A DNA stretch of 64,000 bases from contig CAYMXP010000001.1 in assembly GCA_964394425.1 (NCBI GenBank), positions 6,495 through 70,494 on the forward strand, given 5' to 3'. Shown here piece after piece: positions 26,193-36,144 of this stretch. Both the position numbers and the translations under genes were made by a program. Below the pieces are notes generated by a model. That model was not told where the DNA came from and made no database searches. It saw only the letters and a list, made by a program, of their open reading frames with translations. Source of the DNA: an uncultured Chryseobacterium sp. GTDB taxonomy: Bacteria > Bacteroidota > Bacteroidia > Flavobacteriales_F > PHOS-HE28. Each line of letters begins with the position of its first letter. Position 1 is the stretch's first letter.

Positions 26193-27113
26193 TCAGCGCA
26201 GGCGTACTTCCAAGGGGTGGCCATGGCGCAGCAGCCACGATGCCGGTGAGGCATGCACATGGGCGAGCACCGGACCGCGGCTGAACAGCTCATCCCGATC
26301 GATCCGGCACTGGAAGATCCTGTGGATGCCGGCATCGTGATGGGTTTCGATGCTCAACCGGCGCGCGGTGTGCGCTCCCGCTGGTCGCGGCGCGCCGTTC
26401 CATGAACCATCGATCGCGGCGATCGTCGATGCGTCCGTCAGTTCTCCCATGTGGCGTGGAGCCAGGGCGTAAACGTCCCTGTAGCGGTCCGGTGCCATTT
26501 GGAACAGGGCGAACGACCCATGCTCCATCACTTGTGCGCACGCTTTCCCGGCGTGCCGCAGGGAGATCAGGTACCGCCCACCGATCGTGCCATGCAGATC
26601 GGTCGGGAAGATGTTGCAGCGATCGGGGGGTCCCACGACCGCCAGGTGGATCTCACGCGGCTGGGCATACATGATCCGCGTCATGTCGATCTCGGCCGGG
26701 ACCGTGGCCACGTTGTTGCTTTTTCGTGCGTTGCGCCGGCGGCGCAAGCGATCCTGCGGCCATTGTGGCCAGGGCAGGAAGCGCGACCAGGCCCGTTCGC
26801 CGGTGAAGAAGCTGAAGCCTGATCCGACCCCCGGAAGATCGATCCTCTTCAGCAGGATCCCCGCGACCGGTCGCCGTTGGTGCGTTGAACGGAGGAGCAA
26901 TTCACCGGCAGAAGGACGGTCCCCCTCAACGGCGACCACCAGTGGTCGATAGCCGAGAAAGAGGTGGCGGCCGCTGATGTCCTCACCGTCCAACTCGAAA
27001 CGCCACAGGTCGTCGCGGGCGCCTTGCCCGAGGCAGAGGTATTCCTGCGGATAAGGTGAGCGGAGGAAGGCCGGCAGCCACACCCGGCAAAGCAACGCTG
27101 AACACCGTTCCAT
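26193..27113 (-). CDS. hypothetical protein (weak flavin-reductase-like split-barrel resemblance)
   Basis: 306-aa ORF, GC3-rich. Segments such as PREIHLAVVGPPDRCNIFPTDLHG...YLISLRH loosely resemble flavin reductase domains. Not confidently assigned. Confidence 0.5.
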   Translation of the reverse strand: MERCSALLCRVWLPAFLRSPYPQEYLCLGQGARDDLWRFELDGEDISGRHLFLGYRPLVVAVEGDRPSAGELLLRSTHQRRPVAGILLKRIDLPGVGSGFSFFTGERAWSRFLPWPQWPQDRLRRRRNARKSNNVATVPAEIDMTRIMYAQPREIHLAVVGPPDRCNIFPTDLHGTIGGRYLISLRHAGKACAQVMEHGSFALFQMAPDRYRDVYALAPRHMGELTDASTIAAIDGSWNGAPRPAGAHTARRLSIETHHDAGIHRIFQCRIDRDELFSRGPVLAHVHASPASWLLRHGHPLEVRLR

Positions 27114-27175
27114 TCAGGGTGTACGGCACGTACCGATCCCGACCGGACATTCGTTCACACCAAAACCCGCACACC

Positions 27176-27979
27176 ATGCGTCGCCCCACTCCCGTCCTCG
27201 TGGCCTTCCTGTTGCTCCTCGTCGTCGGATGCGGTGCCGGAGGCGATGCACCCCTCGCGAAGGAGGCGAGCACACCCACCGATGCTTCGGGAGAAGCCAT
27301 GGTCGCAAGGCAGGATAACATCCCCGCCCAGTCGGTGGACCGCAAGATCATCCGCACCGGCGAGCTGCGCTTCGAGGTGAAGGACCTGGATGAGGCGCGT
27401 GCGACGATCCTCGCGCAGGTGCGGGCCGGGGGCGGCTACGTGGAAGGCGACGACCACAGCGACTGGGGCAACACCCTGGCGATGACCCTGCGCGTGCGCA
27501 TCCCCGCGGAGAAGTTCGACGCCTTCGTGTCGGGGTTGAAGGATCTGGGCGAACTGCAGAACCAGAGCATCAACGCGCAGGATGTGACCGCGCAATGGGT
27601 CGACGTGGAAGCCCGCCTGGGGGCCAAGCGCGAAGTGGAGGCCCGTTACCTGGAGATCGTGAAGCAGGCGAAGACGGTGACCGAGGTACTGGAGGTGGAA
27701 CGCGAACTGGGTAACGTGCGCGCCGAGATCGAAAGCATGGAGGCGCAGATGAAGAGCCTGCGCGACCAGGTGGCCATGAGCACGCTCACCATCACATGCA
27801 CCAAACCCCAGGCGCGCACCGACAGCTTCACGCCGCACGTGGGCGTGGCGTTGAACGAGGGCTGGAACAACCTGCTGCGCTTCTTCGTCGGCGTGCTGCA
27901 CATCTGGCCGTTCGTGCTTCTGTCCGGTGCGCTGGCCTGGTGGTGGGCAAGGCGGCGGCGCCGTGCGGCGAAGCCTTGA
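27176..27979 (+). CDS. DUF4349-family lipoprotein
   Basis: 267 aa from ATG 27176. Lipobox LLLVVGC. RKIIRTGELRFEVKDLDEARATIL..., a coiled-coil middle and a C-terminal TM are typical of DUF4349. Confidence 0.75.
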   Translation: MRRPTPVLVAFLLLLVVGCGAGGDAPLAKEASTPTDASGEAMVARQDNIPAQSVDRKIIRTGELRFEVKDLDEARATILAQVRAGGGYVEGDDHSDWGNTLAMTLRVRIPAEKFDAFVSGLKDLGELQNQSINAQDVTAQWVDVEARLGAKREVEARYLEIVKQAKTVTEVLEVERELGNVRAEIESMEAQMKSLRDQVAMSTLTITCTKPQARTDSFTPHVGVALNEGWNNLLRFFVGVLHIWPFVLLSGALAWWWARRRRRAAKP

Positions 27980-28067
27980 ATAGGAGCCCGATCGCGGGCG
28001 CTTTCGGGCGGAGGCAACGCGGCCAAACGCGGAAGGGATGCCGATCTTCGCGGCGCAACCAGCCCCC

Positions 28068-31000
28068 ATGTTCCGCACCACGCTCAGCACCTGTTTTCTA
28101 GTCCTGTTCTCGGCCGCCTTCGCCCAGCTTGAAGAGCACAAATACACCGAGCAAGCCGCGCTGCCCGATTGGGTTCAGCTCATGTACGCTCCCGATCCCG
28201 ACCCCGGCGCGGTGCAGGCGGCGTACGAGGCCTACTACGCCACGCATCCCTTCGTGAAGAACGGCCACACCCAGTACTACAAGCGCTGGCGCAGGGTGAT
28301 CGGTCACGAGCAGGTGCCGATGGATCCCGCGCAACGGGCCACCTACACGCAGGACCTTCGGGACTACCTGGATGCCTGCGAGGCGGCCCGCGGCGCGCGC
28401 AGCACCCCCTGGACCTGCATCGGCCCCTTCGACTGGGACCACGGCGCGGCCAGCAAGAGCTACGCCTGCGGGGCGGCCCATGTGTACACCGTGGAGCAGA
28501 GCGCGAGCAACACCAACCTGATCTACGCCGGCACCGCCAACGGCGGCGTGTGGAAGAGCACGGACAAGGGCCTGAACTGGAGCAACACGACCAAGAGCAT
28601 GATGGTCGGCACCGTGCTCAGCGTGGAGATCGACTGGAGCAACGAGAACATCGTCTACTTCGGCGCGGAAGGCGACCTGTGGAAGACCACCAACGGCGGC
28701 ACGAACTGGAATGCGATCGGCGATGCCGCCTTCCAGGGGCTCTCGCATTCCATCCGCGACCTGGTGCTGCACCCCACCAACAGCCAGAAGCTCTTCGTAT
28801 GCAGCAACCAGGGCCTCTACCGCAGCGACGACGGCGGCGCGAACCTCACGCAGGTGCAAACGGGCACGTGGCAGGAACTGGAGTTCAAGCCCGGTGACCC
28901 GAACACCATCTACGCGATCAAGCAGACCGGCAACCGCACCGAGTTCTGGCGCAGCACCAACGGGGGCACCTCATTCACCCAGGTGGGCACCAACTGGCCC
29001 AACCCGACCAGTCCCGACGAGAACGAGCGCACGGAGATCGCCGTGAGCGCCGCGGCGCCCAATACCGTGTACGCGCTCTGCACCGGCGCGGCCGATGGCG
29101 GGAGCGGCCTCTACGGCGTGTACCGCAGCACCGACAGCGGCTCCACCTGGTCTTTCCAATGCTGCGGCACCGGTCCGGGCGGGGTGCCTTCGCCCACCAA
29201 CCTGAACCTGATGGGCTGGGACGACCAGGGACAGGACGACGGCGGGCAGTACTACTACGACCTGGCCTTCGCCGTGGATCCCGCCAACGCGAGCAAGGTG
29301 CATGTGTGCGGCGTGCAGCGCTGGGTGAGCACCGATGCCGGTGTCACCTTCACCTGCCCGGCCAAGTGGAGCCACAGCAGCGATCCGGATTACATCCATG
29401 CGGACATCCACGACATGCGGTTCTATGGAAGCGAGATCTGGGTGGCCTGCGACGGCGGCATCTTCTACAGCAGCGATGCCGGCGCCACCTTCAACCGCCG
29501 CATGTTCGGGATCGCGGGCACCGATTTCTGGGGCTTCGGCGCCGGCGGATGGACCGGCAGCCAGGTGATGCTCGGCGGCACCTACCACAACGGCACGCTG
29601 CTCAAGGACAACAACGTGTACATCAACGGCTGGATCAGCACCGACGGCGGCGACAACTTCCGCGGCTTCGTGCATCCGCAGTACGACCGGCGTGCGTTGA
29701 GCGACTACGGGTACAAGATCCTCAGCGGCGACCGCACCGTGGCCAACGGCAACGCCTCGTGGAGCCGCGAGCCCAACGCCAGCTACATCACCGGAGAAAG
29801 CAGCGAGGTGGCCTGGCACCCCAACCTCGTGAACACCGCCTACGTGGGCGAGGGCAATTCGCTCTGGCGCACCGACGACAACGGGGCCTCCTTCGCGCAG
29901 GTGCATGACTTCGGCGAGAAGGTGACCAGCATCGAAGTGGCCTTCAGCGATCCGAACACCCTCTACGTCTGCACCTACCTGGGCTGGTGGGACACCAAGC
30001 GCGTGTGGCGCAGCACCAACGCCGGCGCCGGATGGACGGACATCACGCCATCGAGCGCCACGCTGAACGGCAACACCTGGGTGCCCTACGACATCGCCGT
30101 GAGCGGCACCGACCCGCAGACGATCTGGCTCGTGCGCACCTCGCAGTACGGCAACAGCCCCAACCTGAACGGCTACGTGGTCTTCAAGAGCATCAATGGC
30201 GGCACCGCCTGGACCAACATCACCGATGCGAACCTGAACGGGGAGTGGCCCACCAACATCGCGCACCAACTGGGCGGCAACGGCGCGCTCTATATCGGCA
30301 CGCGGCGGGCGGTGTACTTCCGCAGCGACGCGGCGCCCGGCTGGACCCTGTGGAACGCGGGCCTTCCCTCGCGGATCTTCAGCACGCGGCTGCTGATCAA
30401 CTACAAGGAGGGCAAGATCCGCAACGGCACCGATCGCAGCGTGTGGGAGACCAACCTGGAGACCGCTTCGCCCCCGCTGGCCAACTTCTCCGCCGACCGG
30501 CAACTGACCACCTGCCTCTCGCCCACCGTGCAGTTCTGGGACAACAGCGCGCTGAACGGTGCCTCGGCCACCTGGTCCTGGGCCTTCCCCGGCGGAAGCC
30601 CGGCCACCAGCACCATCCGCAACCCGGTGGTGACCTACACCACGCCTGGATCGCACGACGTGAGCCTTACGGTGACCGACGTGAACGGCACCAGCAGCCG
30701 GACGATCGCCGGCTTCATCACCATGAGCAACACCGGCACGGGCACGGACTTCATCGAGGGCGTGGACGCCGGGCTGGCCGCGCCACCGGGATGGACCCTG
30801 CAGAACCCCGACGGCAGCGACACCTGGAGCACGGTGAACCTGGCCAATGGTCCGGATTGCTCGGCCACCAACGCCTGGCGCATGGACCACTACTACTACA
30901 ACGCCTCCGGCCAGGAGGATCGCCTGATCACGCCGCTGATCACGCTGGGCGGATCGACCGGAACGCGCCTGCGCTTCGATCATGCATACGTTCAATACGG

Positions 31001-32015
31001 CGGCGGCTACGACGATGCCTTCCGCGTGGAGATCAGCACCAACTGCGGCGGCGCATGGACCCAGCTCTACTACGCCGCCGGTGCCGGCCTCGCCACCGCG
31101 CCCAGCAACGGCAACCCATGGGAGCCCACGAACTGCAGCCAATGGCAGGCGCACGACATCGACCTGAGCGCATACGATGGAATGAGCGTGCTGCTGCGCT
31201 TCACCGCGATCAACGACTACGGCAACCGCTTCTACATGGACAACGTGGAGGTGGTGAACACCGGCATGCGCCTCGCCCTGAAGCTGATGCTCGAGGGGGC
31301 CTACGACAGCGGCACGCTGAAGATGCGCGACGACCTGCGCGTCGCCGGCATCCTGCCCTCGACGGAGCCCTACTCCGCCCTGGGCTTCACACAGGCCGGT
31401 GATGGAGGCGGCGAGGTGATGCAGGCCGGTGCGACCTCCGCCACGGGTGACAACGCGATCGTGGACTGGGTGCTGGTCGAGTTGCGCAACGCGGTCACCC
31501 CGGCGACGATCACCGCCACGCGCGGCGCGCTGGTGCAGCGCGACGGCGACGTGGTGGCCGAGGATGGCTACTCTCCGGTTTCGCTGCTCGCCACCGCCGG
31601 TAGCTATCATGTCGCGGTGCGGCACCGGAACCATCTGGGGGCGATGACGAACGCACCGGCGGCTCTTTCAACCACGGCGACGGCCATCGACTTCACCAAC
31701 ACCGGCTTCGCCACCTACGGCACGCAGGCCCAAAAGACCATCGGTAGCGTGAACGTGCTCTGGATGGGCAACGCGAAGAAGGACACTCCCCCTCCCAGCC
31801 TGCTGAAATACACCGGCATCAACAACGATCGCGATCACATCCTCGACCTCCTGGGCGGTTCCGTTCCCACGGCGACCCTCCCGTGTTACTGCACCGGGGA
31901 CTGCACCATGGACGGGGTGGTGAAGTACACCGGCCTGTTCAACGACCGCGATCCGATCCTGGTGAACATCGGGGGCACGGTGCCCACGAACACGAGGACG
32001 GAGCAGTTGCCGTGA
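28068..32015 (+). CDS. giant secreted BNR/Asp-box (sortilin/VPS10-like) repeat protein with PKD-like, MAM-like and novel C-terminal module
   Basis: 1315 aa from ATG 28068. Signal peptide ...SAAFA|Q. About 11 Asp-box motifs (STDKGLNW, TTNGGTNW, STNGGTSF, STDSGSTW, STDAGVTF, SINGGTAW...). A PKD-like segment and a MAM-like segment. The C-terminal ~245 aa are shared with 36145-38346. No T9SS type-A CTD. Confidence 0.85.
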   Translation: MFRTTLSTCFLVLFSAAFAQLEEHKYTEQAALPDWVQLMYAPDPDPGAVQAAYEAYYATHPFVKNGHTQYYKRWRRVIGHEQVPMDPAQRATYTQDLRDYLDACEAARGARSTPWTCIGPFDWDHGAASKSYACGAAHVYTVEQSASNTNLIYAGTANGGVWKSTDKGLNWSNTTKSMMVGTVLSVEIDWSNENIVYFGAEGDLWKTTNGGTNWNAIGDAAFQGLSHSIRDLVLHPTNSQKLFVCSNQGLYRSDDGGANLTQVQTGTWQELEFKPGDPNTIYAIKQTGNRTEFWRSTNGGTSFTQVGTNWPNPTSPDENERTEIAVSAAAPNTVYALCTGAADGGSGLYGVYRSTDSGSTWSFQCCGTGPGGVPSPTNLNLMGWDDQGQDDGGQYYYDLAFAVDPANASKVHVCGVQRWVSTDAGVTFTCPAKWSHSSDPDYIHADIHDMRFYGSEIWVACDGGIFYSSDAGATFNRRMFGIAGTDFWGFGAGGWTGSQVMLGGTYHNGTLLKDNNVYINGWISTDGGDNFRGFVHPQYDRRALSDYGYKILSGDRTVANGNASWSREPNASYITGESSEVAWHPNLVNTAYVGEGNSLWRTDDNGASFAQVHDFGEKVTSIEVAFSDPNTLYVCTYLGWWDTKRVWRSTNAGAGWTDITPSSATLNGNTWVPYDIAVSGTDPQTIWLVRTSQYGNSPNLNGYVVFKSINGGTAWTNITDANLNGEWPTNIAHQLGGNGALYIGTRRAVYFRSDAAPGWTLWNAGLPSRIFSTRLLINYKEGKIRNGTDRSVWETNLETASPPLANFSADRQLTTCLSPTVQFWDNSALNGASATWSWAFPGGSPATSTIRNPVVTYTTPGSHDVSLTVTDVNGTSSRTIAGFITMSNTGTGTDFIEGVDAGLAAPPGWTLQNPDGSDTWSTVNLANGPDCSATNAWRMDHYYYNASGQEDRLITPLITLGGSTGTRLRFDHAYVQYGGGYDDAFRVEISTNCGGAWTQLYYAAGAGLATAPSNGNPWEPTNCSQWQAHDIDLSAYDGMSVLLRFTAINDYGNRFYMDNVEVVNTGMRLALKLMLEGAYDSGTLKMRDDLRVAGILPSTEPYSALGFTQAGDGGGEVMQAGATSATGDNAIVDWVLVELRNAVTPATITATRGALVQRDGDVVAEDGYSPVSLLATAGSYHVAVRHRNHLGAMTNAPAALSTTATAIDFTNTGFATYGTQAQKTIGSVNVLWMGNAKKDTPPPSLLKYTGINNDRDHILDLLGGSVPTATLPCYCTGDCTMDGVVKYTGLFNDRDPILVNIGGTVPTNTRTEQLP

Positions 32016-32016
32016 T

Positions 32017-34509
32017 CTATCGCACGATCACGAACCGGCCTGAACAGATCCCGGATCGTCCTGTGGTGCGGATCAAATAGATGCCTTGGGCAAGTTGACC
32101 GGTCTGGATAACCGCCGACCGATCCGATCTGATCGTCGTTCGCACCGGGGCCATTCTGCCATCAAGATCGATTACTTCCAGTGCGCCCTTGGTCAGGTCG
32201 CAGGCGCATTCGATCCTCACCTGATCAACCGCTGGAGATGGGAAGACGTGGATCAACGACTTCGTGAATTCGGATATCGGATCGATCACGCCGACCGGAA
32301 GCTCATTCCAGCAAACCTTCGGGATGTTATCGTCTACAAGGAGGATGTCGAGCGAACCGTTCTGGTCAAGGTCCGCCAGTTCCAATTGCAGCAACCCCCA
32401 GGATTGATATGAAATGTCGCCTTGGATGTAGTGCTCGGTCCAGGGGTCATGCGGATCCCCCGCGTTCTTCATCCAGAACAGCCGAGCCTCATATTCGGGG
32501 TAGAACCCCGATCCATAATCCAGTAGTACAAGATCGTCATGACCATCCAGATCAATGTCTCCAGCGGAAATTCGGAACAGGCCATCCTCTTCGAATAGTT
32601 GCACTGGAGCGCCCAGAGACCCACCCGTATTCGGATACCACCACGCATGTTCGGCGGCCAGGGTCAGCAGATCGACCCATCCATTTTGGTCAAGATCATG
32701 AAGGGCGATGTCGCGAGGTGGGAATGGAAGAGTATCGATATCGGGAAGCCATTGGAAATAGGGTGCGGCTCCGAGATTCTCAATGCGCTTTATCGCATGG
32801 CCATCATCCGCATCAAGGTCGAACGCGAGGATATCAGGGTCACCATCATGGTCTGGATCCCAAGGTCCGGCAGCCAGCGCGGCCGCCCCCAGCAACGAAT
32901 CAGTGAATTCGAAATGCCCATCGCCATCGGTATCCAAGGACCAGCGAAAACGATCTCCAGTTCGATCAAGGATATCCAAGTATCCGTCACCATCAATATC
33001 GACCAGGTCACATGAGGCGCCATAGTCGAATGTCGCGATGGTATCAAGGGTAAAGCTTTGGAACAGACTGTCCGCGCTGCTCAGGAGACCGATCTGTTCC
33101 CATGGCCCAGTGAGATGCGAGACAAGCAGATCCTGATCACCGTCGCTCGCCACATCGCCTATCGCGAACGACCGGACGATCTCGAACCGGTCAGTAAGAA
33201 CTCGATCGATGGTGAACGTCCGGTCAGGTTCTGTGTGAAGGAGCGAGATCCGTTGATCGTCCTGAGAAACGAGCAATAATGTCAGCGGTGCGCCTGGCCA
33301 TAAGCTCATTGTGTCCACCCTTACTGGTCCCCCGGCGTTCCCCTGACCGAATGGATTGAGCATATGCTGGCTTGGGAGCTGTGCGAAGGCAATGTCTACC
33401 CTCTCGTACCATTCAACCCTGTCGGATCCACCCCCCCTCGTGAAGATGAGGTCATCCAGCCCGTCCGCATTGAGGTCCCGCATCAAGGCGTGGCGGTAGT
33501 CATGCGAGTAGATCGGGATGTAGACAACTTGATCGAAGTTGCCGGCGCCATCGTTCATCAGGCGGTCCATGTAGAAGGACGAGGTGCGCTGAATGAGCAT
33601 ATCATGGTCGCCATCGCCATTCAAGTCGCCTACTAAGATCACTTCCCGCGCCGAGCTGTTCATGTAAATGGTTTCGGCATTGGAGAAGCCCCCAAGGCTG
33701 TCCTGTAGATGAAGGAACTGCCCCGAGGAAGGATCACTTGTGTTCACCACCAGGTCTTCCCGGTCATCTCCATTGAGGTCCGCATGGAAAACCCGGTCCA
33801 ATGTTGCCAGATCATCAAGGAGCAATGCCGGGCTTGAAAGATCCGCGCTCCCGGTCGTATCCTTACAACTATAAAGGGCGGTGCTTCCGATCGGGTTGAA
33901 CAGTACCTCCATTGTGTCGTTGAGATCGAGATCCACGATCTCCATCCACGCGTTGGACGTCGGTAGCATGATGAGCGTATCGATCATGGGAGTTCCTGAA
34001 ATCTCGACCCAAAGCAGCTCCCCGTTCGGGTGTGCCGAAACGAGCAGATCCGGAAACGCATCGTGGTCAAGGTCTCCCACTGCCATGGACTTGACGGACC
34101 AGGAAACACCCTGCGATTCAAGGAGGAAACCCGGATCGAACTGGCCGGTACCTCCGATGTTCAAAAACGCGGCAACACCGCCATTTCCATGTAACAGCAC
34201 ATCGTTATCACCATCGGCATCGATGTCCGCGATCGCAAGTGCGCGGAGGAAATAGATCGTGTCGCAGATGAGGTGAGGTATGAGCAGATCTTCGCTCCCT
34301 TTGTACAACACAAGATCGCTGGACCCTTCGAACGTTGTCATCACGTCCGTTATCGCATCTCCATCCAGGTCGCCAATGGCGGTCATGAATGGATCCGTGT
34401 AGACCGGAACGATCGGCTGGGGATAACTGAATTGTGCGGTGGCGATCACCGGGAATGCCAGCAATGGCGCTACCCCAGCAATGTGCTTGACAATTCTTTC
34501 GATCAGCAT
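32017..34509 (-). CDS. FG-GAP/VCBS-repeat protein, T9SS cargo
   Basis: 830 aa. Signal peptide ...VIATA|Q. Many D-x-D/N-x-D-G-x-x-D loops (DLDGDAITD, DIDADGDNDV, DLNGDDREDL, DIDGDGYLDI...). C-terminal T9SS CTD (IHVFPSPAVDQVRIE...GIYLIRTTG...FVIVR). Sampled lines are 50-60% GC, below the flanks. Confidence 0.85.
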   Translation of the reverse strand: MLIERIVKHIAGVAPLLAFPVIATAQFSYPQPIVPVYTDPFMTAIGDLDGDAITDVMTTFEGSSDLVLYKGSEDLLIPHLICDTIYFLRALAIADIDADGDNDVLLHGNGGVAAFLNIGGTGQFDPGFLLESQGVSWSVKSMAVGDLDHDAFPDLLVSAHPNGELLWVEISGTPMIDTLIMLPTSNAWMEIVDLDLNDTMEVLFNPIGSTALYSCKDTTGSADLSSPALLLDDLATLDRVFHADLNGDDREDLVVNTSDPSSGQFLHLQDSLGGFSNAETIYMNSSAREVILVGDLNGDGDHDMLIQRTSSFYMDRLMNDGAGNFDQVVYIPIYSHDYRHALMRDLNADGLDDLIFTRGGGSDRVEWYERVDIAFAQLPSQHMLNPFGQGNAGGPVRVDTMSLWPGAPLTLLLVSQDDQRISLLHTEPDRTFTIDRVLTDRFEIVRSFAIGDVASDGDQDLLVSHLTGPWEQIGLLSSADSLFQSFTLDTIATFDYGASCDLVDIDGDGYLDILDRTGDRFRWSLDTDGDGHFEFTDSLLGAAALAAGPWDPDHDGDPDILAFDLDADDGHAIKRIENLGAAPYFQWLPDIDTLPFPPRDIALHDLDQNGWVDLLTLAAEHAWWYPNTGGSLGAPVQLFEEDGLFRISAGDIDLDGHDDLVLLDYGSGFYPEYEARLFWMKNAGDPHDPWTEHYIQGDISYQSWGLLQLELADLDQNGSLDILLVDDNIPKVCWNELPVGVIDPISEFTKSLIHVFPSPAVDQVRIECACDLTKGALEVIDLDGRMAPVRTTIRSDRSAVIQTGQLAQGIYLIRTTGRSGICSGRFVIVR

Positions 34510-34613
34510 ACTCCGCCAAGGTAGAAGGATCTGTCACAGGCCCCCCGGCCAGATCCCTGACCCGGATATCTTCGCCTTCCATGCTAACAGCAGGCATCGG
34601 GTGCGGGCTATTT

Positions 34614-34637
34614 TCTGATCATCTGATCATCTGATTC
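34614..34637 (+). repeat. tandem octamer repeat upstream of kbl
   Basis: tctgatca tctgatca tctgattc, ending 12 nt before ATG 34650. Confidence 0.75.
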
Positions 34638-34649
34638 TTCCGATCGATC

Positions 34650-35861
<1,212 letters not shown>

Positions 35862-36144
35862 GCCCTCCACGGAGGCTCGAAGGACCCATCAAGGCTGGAT
35901 CGATCCGGATCGCGGTCCGGGGGCTTCACTTGGTTCTGCCGCCGATCCGCCCCGGCCCGACCATGTGATCCGCTGCCCCGTGTGCGGCACCATCGTCCAG
36001 TCCTCGGACCACGACCTCTCCCGCTGGTACCGGGTATGCGTCATTGACGCTCGAACGGCCTTTCCCTTAGCTTGGGCGCGCTCCAGGCAAGTCAGGGATC
36101 GGCGCGATCGGGGAAGACCCTGTTTGATCAAATTCACATTGACC

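Noticed and set aside
28971-31634. 887-aa minus-strand ORF, plus the other internal ORFs of the BNR giant
   Set aside because: It is an antisense or off-frame shadow. The plus frame carries about 11 Asp-box motifs and a signal peptide.
35965-36144. In-frame 60-codon extension of the ASPIC gene beginning MIRCPVCGTIVQ (zinc-ribbon-like)
   Set aside because: GC3 bias decays after about 25 codons. The extension would bury the obvious signal peptide that starts at ATG 36145. There is a single CPVC pair only, not a full ribbon.
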